64,000 nucleotides of DNA from Sedimentisphaerales bacterium (GTDB taxonomy: Bacteria > Planctomycetota > Phycisphaerae > Sedimentisphaerales > Anaerobacaceae): the NCBI GenBank assembly GCA_035476995.1, contig DATIKY010000344.1:4550-68549 (forward strand), read 5' to 3'. Made by a program: the position numbers and the translations under genes. Position 1 is the first letter of the stretch. Each line of letters begins with the position of its first letter. The notes under the pieces were generated by a model that saw nothing but the letters and a program-made list of their open reading frames with translations, was not told where the DNA came from and ran no database searches. Positions 16,322 through 25,193 of this stretch are shown here, in pieces.

Positions 16322-17695
16322 CTACCATTTTGATTCCAGACCGCCCGGGGCGTTTCCCCCGGAAGGAGGGTCCTCGCTTCCCTGCCGCGAGGAGGCTGGC
16401 CGCCCCACCCCGAAGTACGTAAGCCCCGCTCGGGACACGCTCTCGGGATCGTAGAGGTTCCTGCCGTCAAAGAGGACGGGCTGTCGAAGCCGACTGCGGA
16501 TTGTCCCAAAATCAGGCGTGCGGAACTCCGGCCAATCCGTCAGGACGACCAGTCCATCGCAGCCGTCCAGCATCGCGTATGCATCCGCATGCAGATCAAT
16601 GGCCCCGTCCAGAGCGGCCAGCGCCGCCGGACCGGCCTGTGGATCGTAGGCTCGCACTCTCATTCCGGCCTCCGCGAACCGCCGAACACAATACACCGCG
16701 GGGGACTCACGGATGTCGTCCGTGTTGGCTTTGAACGCCAATCCCCACACGGCCAGAGCGCATGGAGGTTGCCCCCCGGCGAAATGCCGGATCACCCGGC
16801 CGGCGAAATGGTCACGGGCGGCGGCGTTGACCTTCCAGACAGCCTCGATCAGCGGCATGTCCGCGCCGTGGGCGCGTCCCATGTGGACCAGCGCGTGGAT
16901 GTCCTTGGGGAAACAACTGCCCCCGAATCCGATGCCGGGAAACAAGAAGGCCGACCCGATCCGACTGTCAGAGCCCAGACCCTGTCGCACCAGTTCGATG
17001 TCCGCCCCCATCTGCTCGCACAGCATGGCGATTTCGTTCATGAAGGAGATCCGCGTCGCGAGCATGCCGTTGGCCGCATACTTGGTCATCTCGGCCGACG
17101 CCGGGTCCATGAAGAGGACTCGCTTGCTCTTTCGCATGAACGGCTTGTACAACTCGGCCATGACGTCCCGCGCCCGCTGGCTGGTGGTTCCGATAATGAT
17201 GCGGTCCGGCCTCGTGAAATCCTCGACCGCGGCCCCCTCCTTGAGGAACTCCGGATTGCTCACGTAGTCGAATGGAACGTCCGTGTGCGAGCGGATGATC
17301 CGGCTCAGCGTCTCGTGGGTCCCGACCGGAACCGTGCTCTTCATCACGATGACGCGATAGTCCGCCAACTCGGCGCCCAGGGCGTGCGCAACGGCGCAGA
17401 CGCCGTCCAGATTGGCCGAGCCATCCGAGGCCATGGGCGTGCCCACGGCCAGGAAGACGATCTGCGAGTTGCTCACGCCTTCCTTCAGGTCGGTCGTGAA
17501 CCGCAGGCGTCCGGTCTTGACGGTGCTCCGCACGATCTCCTCCAGACCCCGCTCATAGATCGGGATTTCGCCGTGACGAAGGCCCTCGATCCTGCGAGCG
17601 TCGCTATCGACGCAGATCACATGATTGCCGGCCTCGGCAAGACAGGCTCCGCTCACCAAACCGACGTAACCGACTCCGACGACGCATAGTCTCAT
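16322..17695 (-). CDS. ugd: UDP-glucose 6-dehydrogenase
   Basis: MRLCVVGVGYVGLVSGACLAEAGN (Rossmann GxGxxG), NPEFLKEGAAVEDF, and the catalytic-Cys motif GFGGSCFPKD. Confidence 0.85.
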   Translation of the reverse strand: MRLCVVGVGYVGLVSGACLAEAGNHVICVDSDARRIEGLRHGEIPIYERGLEEIVRSTVKTGRLRFTTDLKEGVSNSQIVFLAVGTPMASDGSANLDGVCAVAHALGAELADYRVIVMKSTVPVGTHETLSRIIRSHTDVPFDYVSNPEFLKEGAAVEDFTRPDRIIIGTTSQRARDVMAELYKPFMRKSKRVLFMDPASAEMTKYAANGMLATRISFMNEIAMLCEQMGADIELVRQGLGSDSRIGSAFLFPGIGFGGSCFPKDIHALVHMGRAHGADMPLIEAVWKVNAAARDHFAGRVIRHFAGGQPPCALAVWGLAFKANTDDIRESPAVYCVRRFAEAGMRVRAYDPQAGPAALAALDGAIDLHADAYAMLDGCDGLVVLTDWPEFRTPDFGTIRSRLRQPVLFDGRNLYDPESVSRAGLTYFGVGRPASSRQGSEDPPSGGNAPGGLESKW

Positions 17696-17780
17696 ATCGC
17701 AATCTCAAAGAACCGACGGGCCGCTCCGGGATCGTCCTGTCCAGGACGCCGGAGCACTGCCTCCGATCATCCGCCGGAGT

Positions 17781-19094
17781 TCACCAGCAGATGCCGTAGT
17801 ACTTCCCTTCCTGTGTCGTCTGCGGCGTAATCCGAACCAGGTCCACCACGACCTGGCCGGGCCGGACTCGATCCACGATCCCCTCGAATTCCGCGGACCT
17901 GTTGCCGATAACAAGCGCCTCCGCGTGGTCGAGGACCTCATCGAGAGTCTCGACCATCAGGCTCGAAATGTGCGGAATCAGATTCAGCAGATGGTCCCGG
18001 TTGGTGCCGATCAGGCGGGCCATGTTGACATCCCTGTCGTAGACGCGGATGTCGTGGCCCTTGCCGAGCAGCCGCTCGATCACATTGACCATGGGGCTCT
18101 CGCGGAGGTCGTCGGTCCCTGCTTTGAAGCTCAAACCCAGAACCCCGATCTTCTTCTTGCCCCGGTCCAGGATCAGGTCCAAGCCCCTCTCGGTCTGCAT
18201 CCGATTGCTCGGGAGGATCGCGTTGAGGATCGGCAGCTCCAGGTCCAGCGTCCGCGCCTTGTGGGTCAGGGCCCGCAGGTCCTTGGGCAGACACGAGCCG
18301 CCGAACGCAAAACCGGGCTTCAGATACGACGAGGACAGATTGAGCTTCGTGTCCTGACAGAAGATGTCCATCACCGCGTGACTGTCGATGCCCGAGGCCC
18401 GACAAACGTCTCCGACTTCGTTGGCGAAGCCGACCTTCAACGCGTGCCAGGCGTTGTCCACGCACTTGACCATCTCCGCCACTTCGATCCGTGTGCGGAT
18501 CAAAGGGGCGTCCATCTTCTCGTAGAGGGCAACCACCCGGTTTCCGCTGACAGGATCGCTTTCGCCGATCACGATCTTGGGCGGATGGCGATAATCGTGA
18601 ACTGCGGTCCCCTCGCGGAGGAACTCCGGATTGTGGCAGACGCCGAAGCCTTCGCCCACCCGTTTGCCCGAATGCTCCTCCAGCAGCGGGATCACTACGC
18701 CCCGCATCGTTCCCGGCGGAACCGTGCTGCGGCAGACCACCACGTGGTAATCGTCGATGCGACGCAGCGATCGGGCGATCTCCTCGCACACCTTGCGGAC
18801 GGACTTGAGGTCCGCGCCGCCATTGGCCTGGCCGGGCGTCCCCACGCAGATCAGCGACAGGTCCGAGGCCGCCATCGCCTCCTCCATGTCCGTCGTGGCC
18901 CGGAGAGTCCCCCGCGTCACCGCCTCGCGAATCAGCTCGGGCGTCCCGTTCTCGACGATCGGCGAGAGCCCGTCGTTGATCATGTCCACTTTCGCCCGGT
19001 TGGCGTCCACGCCGAGGACGGCGTGCCCCTCCTTCGCCAGGCAGGCCGCACTCACCAGCCCGACATATCCGACGCCGACGACGCACACTCTCAT
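17781..19094 (-). CDS. nucleotide-sugar 6-dehydrogenase, GDP-mannose dehydrogenase (AlgD)-like
   Basis: The start was set at ATG 19092-19094 (MRVCVVGVGYVGLVSAACLAKEGH). KVDMINDGLSPIVENGT resembles AlgD KIDLINQGKSPIVEPGL as I remember it. Also NPEFLREGTAVHDY and AFGGSCLPKD. Substrate is inferred only. Confidence 0.7.
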   Translation of the reverse strand: MRVCVVGVGYVGLVSAACLAKEGHAVLGVDANRAKVDMINDGLSPIVENGTPELIREAVTRGTLRATTDMEEAMAASDLSLICVGTPGQANGGADLKSVRKVCEEIARSLRRIDDYHVVVCRSTVPPGTMRGVVIPLLEEHSGKRVGEGFGVCHNPEFLREGTAVHDYRHPPKIVIGESDPVSGNRVVALYEKMDAPLIRTRIEVAEMVKCVDNAWHALKVGFANEVGDVCRASGIDSHAVMDIFCQDTKLNLSSSYLKPGFAFGGSCLPKDLRALTHKARTLDLELPILNAILPSNRMQTERGLDLILDRGKKKIGVLGLSFKAGTDDLRESPMVNVIERLLGKGHDIRVYDRDVNMARLIGTNRDHLLNLIPHISSLMVETLDEVLDHAEALVIGNRSAEFEGIVDRVRPGQVVVDLVRITPQTTQEGKYYGICW

Positions 19095-19120
19095 GCGATG
19101 CCCCTCACGGAGGATCCCGC

Positions 19121-19771
19121 CTACGCCTCTCCGCCGACGGCGATGAGCGTCTCGGCCATGAACGTCACTCTCTGCTTGACGATCCGGCTCCCCGGGAAGC
19201 ACCTCGCCAAATCGGACGCGCTGAGCAGGCGGATTCCGCTGACCGGGACGCCGAGCATGTACCTGCGGTCGATGTGGTTATACCGCACCAGTCGCCCGGC
19301 GAGCAGATATCCATGCCAGGGCAGCCAGGTCACGAACGGCAGGCGCAGGTGAAATTCGAAGGGATACCAGCGGTTTGGCGTGGTCACGAACCATCGCTTG
19401 CCCACCCGCATGATCTCGCTGGCCATCCTGCGCTGATCCTCCGGACCCCCGACATGCTCGATGACGGCGTTGGAGTAGACGATGTCGAAGTGCTTGTCCG
19501 GCCAAGGCATCGCGCGCGCGTCTCCGACCCGGGCATCCACATCGGGATGGCGGCCCTTGATCCGCTCTACATGCTCCGGCAGGAGATTCAGCGCGCTGAC
19601 GTTCTTGGGCCACGAATAGACGTCGAGCAACTGCAAACCGTCGCCTCCGTCCGACCCGGCCTGCGACCCCACGTCCAGAACGCGCATCTGTTCCACCGGC
19701 TTCATGGTCTGGTCAAACAGCTCCAGTTTCTTCCTTCGGCTCACGACCGATAAACGGGAAAACACGCTCAT
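19121..19771 (-). CDS. class I SAM-dependent methyltransferase
   Basis: Motif I is VLDVGSQAGSDGGDG. FDIVYSNAVIEHV is typical of Methyltransf_11-type proteins. The start ATG overlaps the upstream stop (ATGA). Confidence 0.8.
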   Translation of the reverse strand: MSVFSRLSVVSRRKKLELFDQTMKPVEQMRVLDVGSQAGSDGGDGLQLLDVYSWPKNVSALNLLPEHVERIKGRHPDVDARVGDARAMPWPDKHFDIVYSNAVIEHVGGPEDQRRMASEIMRVGKRWFVTTPNRWYPFEFHLRLPFVTWLPWHGYLLAGRLVRYNHIDRRYMLGVPVSGIRLLSASDLARCFPGSRIVKQRVTFMAETLIAVGGEA

Positions 19772-20265
19772 GCACGAGCCTCCTCTCTGTTGAGTCCTTC
19801 CAGGAAGAGGGAGATTCGCCGGATCACAGCATCCGGACTCGGGCGGCGGATCTGCGGGACGAAGGCCTTGAGCTGGCCGATTCGCCCGGGCAGTTCCGTC
19901 TCATCCCTGGCCACCAGGATATGGCCGCACGCGGCGAACTTGTTCGCCAATCCCTCCTGGTGGTCGTTGACGACCTCGCCGTAGCGGCGTCGGCGAGGCA
20001 TGGCCAGCATCGCCTTGCCGTGGTCCATCGCCATCGCGATGGTCCCCATCCCCGCGTGGCTGATGACGGCCGAGGCCTTCACCAACTGCATGTCGAAGGC
20101 GTTCTTGTCCAGAGCGGTCACCGCCTCGAAGTGGCGGGGCTTGTACGCGCTGTCCCCCACCTGAGCGAAGATCTCTTCGCCAATCGCCCCCGTGCCGGCC
20201 AAATCGTCCACCGCCCGAACCAGACGATCAAATGGAAACTGAGTCCCCACGGTAAGAAAGATCAT
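19768..20265 (-). CDS. glycosyltransferase family 28 C-terminal-domain protein (Alg13 / Cps14G / PssE-like catalytic subunit)
   Basis: MIFLTVGTQFPFDRLVRAVD ... VISHAGMGTIAMAMDHGKAMLAMPRRRRYGEVVNDHQ matches the MurG-C/Alg13 pattern (TvGt..F..L .. H.G.gs .. P). It overlaps the upstream partner gene by 4 nt. Confidence 0.75.
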   Translation of the reverse strand: MIFLTVGTQFPFDRLVRAVDDLAGTGAIGEEIFAQVGDSAYKPRHFEAVTALDKNAFDMQLVKASAVISHAGMGTIAMAMDHGKAMLAMPRRRRYGEVVNDHQEGLANKFAACGHILVARDETELPGRIGQLKAFVPQIRRPSPDAVIRRISLFLEGLNREEARA

Positions 20266-20729
20266 ATCACCGCTCCGACATACTCAGCCTTCGGATTCTT
20301 CGCGACCAGCTCGGGCCACTGCACGAGGAGCAGGTCGGCGAACGGACGGACGAGCCGGCCCGACAGGGAGAGCCGCTCCACGTTCGTGATGCTGTCGAGC
20401 CAGACCACCCTGGCTCCGATCAGCTTGCCCAGCAGGCACATCAGACAACCGGGAGCAGCCCCCGTGCTGATGACAACGTCGGGTCGCTCCCGCAGGGTGA
20501 TCAGTATGCAGCGAGACAACACCGCGATCAGACGGAACGGGTGATCGCGATTGCACTCCCCCACTGCGTAGACCCTGCTGTTCTCTCCCAGCGAGCCGCT
20601 GACCATTCGACCGGTGGTCACCCAGAACGTGGGCAGCCCGGCCCAGGCCCCGACCACCTTGCGCAATTGGGTCAAGTGTCCCCCGGCGGAAGCCGCCAGA
20701 CAAATCTTCGGCAATTTGCGTTTCATCAT
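20262..20729 (-). CDS. Alg14 / Cps14F / PssD-like glycosyltransferase membrane-anchoring subunit
   Basis: KICLAASAGGHLTQL ... PDVVISTGAAPGCLMCLLGKLIGARVVWLDSITNVERLSLSGRL is the Alg14-like signature (GGH, StGa, es.ar). It is paired with the Alg13-like gene downstream. Confidence 0.75.
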   Translation of the reverse strand: MMKRKLPKICLAASAGGHLTQLRKVVGAWAGLPTFWVTTGRMVSGSLGENSRVYAVGECNRDHPFRLIAVLSRCILITLRERPDVVISTGAAPGCLMCLLGKLIGARVVWLDSITNVERLSLSGRLVRPFADLLLVQWPELVAKNPKAEYVGAVI

Positions 20730-20739
20730 GTCCCCGGAT

Positions 20740-21669
20740 TCAACGGCACCGTGCGGGCTGCGACCCAGCCCTCTTGGCCATCGGAATGTGGTTGAGGCCG
20801 AAGACCCGCCTGAGTTGCTCCCGCCTCACGTATCGCGCCACGTTCAGCGGCATCTGGCGGGGCTCGCGTCGAATGCTCCCATAGGCGTAGCCCGCCAGCC
20901 GCAGCAACCCTCCGAGAAGCCTCGGAGACTCCAGAAGCCCCCTCTTGAGCGACTTGACCAGCATGAAAAGCGGATGCGTGCACACGCCGTAGTCCGCCAG
21001 TCCCTGAACGAAGCGGGCCCGCAAAACGCTCTTGGCGTTGCCGACCCCGGTGGGACGACGATGGACGACCTTCACATCGGGAAACGACCAACTCTTCCAG
21101 CCGTTCATCCGGGCCATGATGCAGGAGCAGGTGTCCTCCCCGCCGTACTTCAGCGGTAGAAAACCACCGATCTGCTCAAAACACGGCCTGCGGAAAACCT
21201 GGATGGCCTTCGGGGTCGACCGTCGATCGCTCAAGACTTTACGCAGGGAGCCGTCGATCAGGTTCTCGTAAACGCCCGAAGCGACGCCCAGTTGCGGATC
21301 TGAGTCAAACCGGGAGAAAATCCGCTCATAGTAGTCGCGGGGCAGCGTAATGTCCGCGTCGAGAATCGCGAGGAACTCGTAATCCAGGCGGGCGGTCTGC
21401 GCCACCCCTTCCATGAGGGCGTAGACGTTGCTGGCAAAATAGGCCTGCCCTGCCTGTCTGCAGCGACGATAGTAGACGATCCAGGGGAACCGCCCCTGCA
21501 TCCGTTCGATCTTGCCGCGCGTGTCATCGGTGGATCCGTCATCCACGATCACCCAGCACAGCGGAAGCACCGTCTGGGCCACGACGGACTCCATCGTGGC
21601 CTCGATCTGTGCCGCCTCGTTGAAGGCGGCCGTAATGATGACGAAGCGAGGACTATCCGACACGGTCAT
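20740..21669 (-). CDS. glycosyltransferase family 2
   Basis: FVIITAAFNEAAQIEATMESVVAQTVLPLCWVIVDDGSTDDT and the DxD-like motif ILDADI. Confidence 0.8.
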   Translation of the reverse strand: MTVSDSPRFVIITAAFNEAAQIEATMESVVAQTVLPLCWVIVDDGSTDDTRGKIERMQGRFPWIVYYRRCRQAGQAYFASNVYALMEGVAQTARLDYEFLAILDADITLPRDYYERIFSRFDSDPQLGVASGVYENLIDGSLRKVLSDRRSTPKAIQVFRRPCFEQIGGFLPLKYGGEDTCSCIMARMNGWKSWSFPDVKVVHRRPTGVGNAKSVLRARFVQGLADYGVCTHPLFMLVKSLKRGLLESPRLLGGLLRLAGYAYGSIRREPRQMPLNVARYVRREQLRRVFGLNHIPMAKRAGSQPARCR

Positions 21670-21717
21670 TCCGATCCTCCGTTGAAGACACCGACCCGCC
21701 CCCCGCGAAGAGCATTT

Positions 21718-22677
21718 CTATCTCCTGGCGCACAGCATCCTCCATCCCCCGAGACTGCGAAGCCCCCCCTGGAGGTAGGTGCGCACCAGCACAAGACTGT
21801 TCGCCCTGTCCGCGCCAGAGACCAGAGCCCGGAGCGCCCAGGGGGGCACACGCAGCACGAACCACAGCGAGGTGAGCAGACAGGCCGCCGCATACTCCGG
21901 ACCCGTTCGCCACTTCCCGAGAAACTGCAGCACCGCACTGCGCAGTTGGAGCAGCATTTGCGGCCTGACTTGCGCGGTGCTCTGGCCTCCCAGATGGATG
22001 ATCTGGGCCGAAGGCGTGAACCTCAGACGCCACCCCGCGCGGCGGAACCGCCAGCACCAGTCGGTCTCTTCTCCATACATGAAGTAGTCTTCGTCCATGA
22101 CGCCCACCTGGTCGATGGCTTCGCGACGAACCAGCATGAAACAACCGGTGACGACCTCCACTTCGCGTTCCTCGTCCCGGCCCCACCAGGTCATCTGCTC
22201 ACGACCGAAGAAACGGCTGCGCGGAAACAGCCTGTTCAGATAGAGAGTCGCCAGCAGCAGGTTCAGGACGGACGGATACATGAAGCACGTTGCCTGCAGC
22301 GATCGGTCGCGATTGAGGACACGGCAACCGACCACCCCCGAATCGGGATGGGCGTCGGAAAACGCCACCGCCTTGGCGATCGCGCCGTCCAGGACGATCG
22401 TATCGCTGTTGAGCAGCAGCACGTATCGCCCCCGAGCGACGGCCATGCCCTGGTTGTTGGCGGCGGCGAAGCCCCGATTGTGGAAATTGGCGATCAGGTG
22501 GACCTTGTCGAACTCCGTCCGAACCATCTCGACGGAGCCGTCGGCCGAGGCGTTGTCGACCACGATCACGTCGAAGTCGACCGGGCCGGAGTTCGCGTAG
22601 ACGGACCGAAGACAGTCCCGCAGAATCTCACGGGTGTTCCAACTCACAATGACGATCGTCACATCCGTCCTGTTCAT
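21718..22677 (-). CDS. glycosyltransferase family 2 (rhamnosyltransferase-like)
   Basis: The start was set at ATG 22675-22677, with GGAG 7 nt upstream. VTIVIVSWNTREILRDCLRSV, VIVVDNASADGS, NRGFAAANNQG, LLLNSDT, FMYGEETDWCWR. Confidence 0.85.
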   Translation of the reverse strand: MNRTDVTIVIVSWNTREILRDCLRSVYANSGPVDFDVIVVDNASADGSVEMVRTEFDKVHLIANFHNRGFAAANNQGMAVARGRYVLLLNSDTIVLDGAIAKAVAFSDAHPDSGVVGCRVLNRDRSLQATCFMYPSVLNLLLATLYLNRLFPRSRFFGREQMTWWGRDEEREVEVVTGCFMLVRREAIDQVGVMDEDYFMYGEETDWCWRFRRAGWRLRFTPSAQIIHLGGQSTAQVRPQMLLQLRSAVLQFLGKWRTGPEYAAACLLTSLWFVLRVPPWALRALVSGADRANSLVLVRTYLQGGLRSLGGWRMLCARR

Positions 22678-22729
22678 TCTGTTCTCCGGATCTCCCACCG
22701 ACAGCATGCACCAATCCACCGAGACGCAT

Positions 22730-24025
22730 TCAGGATCGCGCCTGCTGGAGCTGACGCACCATCACAGGCCGGCTCACACGCACCGGTTCCTTCGCCTTCC
22801 CGTAGAACAGGCCCAAACACGCCAAGAGCAGGTACCAGATCATCGTAATCTGACCGAAGTAGGAGACCCCGATGAACGAGACGCAGTGCGCGATGACCGT
22901 CACGAACAGGCCCCACGCCAGATAGGATTCGTCCTTGTCCTTGGAACGCTGCGACCAATGGAGGACCGCCCGGGCCCCCATATACAGAATGGCGCAGAAC
23001 AGCACGAGAGTCACCAGCCCTCCTCGCACGCCTTCCAGAATGAACTGGTTCGTCACGTCCTCCAGGCCGTACCCCCACTGCGCCGTGTTGCGCGTTCCAA
23101 ACAGCATCCATTCCCCGAAATGGCGGATCGCGGCATCAATCAGGTGGTACCGGTGCCAGCCCGTCGAGCCGGACACGACGCCGACCCGCGCCACGAGGTG
23201 CCACACGGGGGCCTTCATCACCACGTGCAAGGCCACCAGCATCCCCACCACGCACCAGGCCGCAGTCCCCGTCAGATACCGCCACCGATAGACCGCCAGC
23301 AGAGCCGCAACCACGAGCAAAGTCAGCACGGGCGTGCTCGAATTGGTTCCTCTGATCATGAACGCGCTGGCCGCCACCGCCGGCCAGAACAACCACTTGT
23401 ATCCCTGCCGAGAGTACGCCACAAACAGCGGCACCAGGGTCGCCCAGAACAGCCCCATCATGATCGAGTGCGGAAAGGTCGCCTGGCACCGGTACTCCCC
23501 CTCGCGAACGGCCGTGGTCACCCGACCCAGGGCACCAAAAGGATTGGCTCCATTGACCCATTCCACCGCCACGAACGGCATCATGGCTACTGCGCACACC
23601 GCCAGGCCCACGTAGGCTAATCGAATGTCCGCCCACGAACGAATGCTCTGTCGAAACACCCAGTAGAGACCGAGCCACTCCAGCAACCGGCCGCACCGAT
23701 TCACGAACGCTCCCATGCTCGCCCACTGAAAGGTGTAGACCAGGCTGCCGACGAGAGCCCAAATCAGAACCATCCGGTCGAATTTGTTCCATCGTATTGC
23801 GGCAATCTCCCCTCGGGCGGCGAACCGCACCATGCCAACAAGAACGAGAATGCGAAGCACCTGGAAATTCAGCTCCCCCACCATGACCGCCTGGTCCGCC
23901 GGCACCCAGCAGGCGCCGATCACGTACGGGAGCAGGACGTACTTCTTGGGAATCAGCACAAGCAGCACGGATAGAACAACCGTGATCAGAAGAGTGAACT
24001 GCGTTATCGTTACTGGGTGTTCCAT
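22730..24025 (-). CDS. O-antigen polymerase/ligase-family (Wzy-like) polytopic membrane protein
   Basis: The start was set at ATG 24023-24025. There are about 10-12 hydrophobic helices. A Wzy_C-like loop reads GWHRYHLIDAAIRHFGEWMLFGT. It sits among glycosyltransferase genes. Confidence 0.7.
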   Translation of the reverse strand: MEHPVTITQFTLLITVVLSVLLVLIPKKYVLLPYVIGACWVPADQAVMVGELNFQVLRILVLVGMVRFAARGEIAAIRWNKFDRMVLIWALVGSLVYTFQWASMGAFVNRCGRLLEWLGLYWVFRQSIRSWADIRLAYVGLAVCAVAMMPFVAVEWVNGANPFGALGRVTTAVREGEYRCQATFPHSIMMGLFWATLVPLFVAYSRQGYKWLFWPAVAASAFMIRGTNSSTPVLTLLVVAALLAVYRWRYLTGTAAWCVVGMLVALHVVMKAPVWHLVARVGVVSGSTGWHRYHLIDAAIRHFGEWMLFGTRNTAQWGYGLEDVTNQFILEGVRGGLVTLVLFCAILYMGARAVLHWSQRSKDKDESYLAWGLFVTVIAHCVSFIGVSYFGQITMIWYLLLACLGLFYGKAKEPVRVSRPVMVRQLQQARS

Positions 24026-24205
24026 CGTCGAGAACCCAACCTTTCCTGAGAACCTCCGGCGATCACAGCCCTGCCACCCGCCGAAGAGCCGCGCCACCCA
24101 CGTAGTATAGCGGCAACCGGTACGATGGGAAACCGCGCAGCATCGGATCTGCCGGCCGCAAGGCCCTCCGGGGCAATTCTCCCAGACGGACGGTCTGCAT
24201 TGGAC

Positions 24206-25177
24206 CTATCGCCAGAATACCTGCCGGACCTTACGCCGGGAGCGTTCCGGGAACATCAAAACCCCCACGATCACGCACGCGCCAAGATCCAGCGGCAGAC
24301 GCAACAATCCCTCGATCCGATAATACAACGGCACCCCGGGCCCAAGGCAATTCACGAGGCGGCGTTTGGCCACGCCGGCCCACCACCGCAGAAGCGACCG
24401 TTTCCTCCATCGCATCCCGGCGTAGGCCAGATTCTTATGAAGAATCTCCCATTCGCGGCAGGCGTATTTCCACAGGCCGTCCCGGTGAGAATGGCATGCC
24501 CGGGCCGCAGGCCAGTAGAAGCTGCGGAATCCCCGCCGCAGCGCCTGACGCGTGAACGGCCCTTCCTCCCCGCCGGAAGTCTGCTCGTCATACGGCTGCT
24601 CCTGCCAGAGACAACGGCGTATCGCGGCACACGCGTTGGACGCCACGACGCCCCGCCCGGTGTCCTCGATCTGTTGCCGCCCGTCCTGCACGATGACCTG
24701 GTCGCCGAATGTTCGCCGCAGTCGCACTCGCTCATCCACCGGGGCGTCGGGATAAGGCAGTTGCCTGCCGTATACGATGCCCACGTCCGGCTCGCGGAAC
24801 GGCTCGATCATGTGCCCCAGCCAGGATTCGTCCGCCGGCGTCACATCGGAAGACAGCAGAATCACGATGTCCCCGCGGGCCTTCGCGATTCCGCGATTCA
24901 ACGCCCTGCCCCAGGAGAACTCCGCCTGCGAAATCGACACGACCACGGCGCCGTGGCGCTCGGCCACGGCCCGGGAATCGTCGCGAGAATCGTTGTCCAC
25001 GACGACGATTTCCAGTTCCACGCCCTCGGGAAGCACCTGACGCTTCAGGCCGTTCAGGCAGCGATCCAGATCCCTCGAAGCGTCCCGGGCCCGGATCACG
25101 ACAGAAACCACCGTTCCCAACTTCTGCGGACAGGGACAGTCGGCATCACAATCGCGTCTATGGTTTCCGGTCAACAA
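24206..25177 (-). CDS. glycosyltransferase family 2
   Basis: VSVVIRARDASRDLDRCLNGL, EIVVVDNDSRDDS, ILLSSDV. The start is uncertain. TTG 25175-25177 has GGAGGA 6 nt upstream and avoids overlap with the upstream gene. The ORF-track GTG start at 25216 would overlap that gene by 23 nt. Confidence 0.7.
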   Translation of the reverse strand: MLTGNHRRDCDADCPCPQKLGTVVSVVIRARDASRDLDRCLNGLKRQVLPEGVELEIVVVDNDSRDDSRAVAERHGAVVVSISQAEFSWGRALNRGIAKARGDIVILLSSDVTPADESWLGHMIEPFREPDVGIVYGRQLPYPDAPVDERVRLRRTFGDQVIVQDGRQQIEDTGRGVVASNACAAIRRCLWQEQPYDEQTSGGEEGPFTRQALRRGFRSFYWPAARACHSHRDGLWKYACREWEILHKNLAYAGMRWRKRSLLRWWAGVAKRRLVNCLGPGVPLYYRIEGLLRLPLDLGACVIVGVLMFPERSRRKVRQVFWR

Positions 25178-25193
25178 ACACCATCCTCCGATT

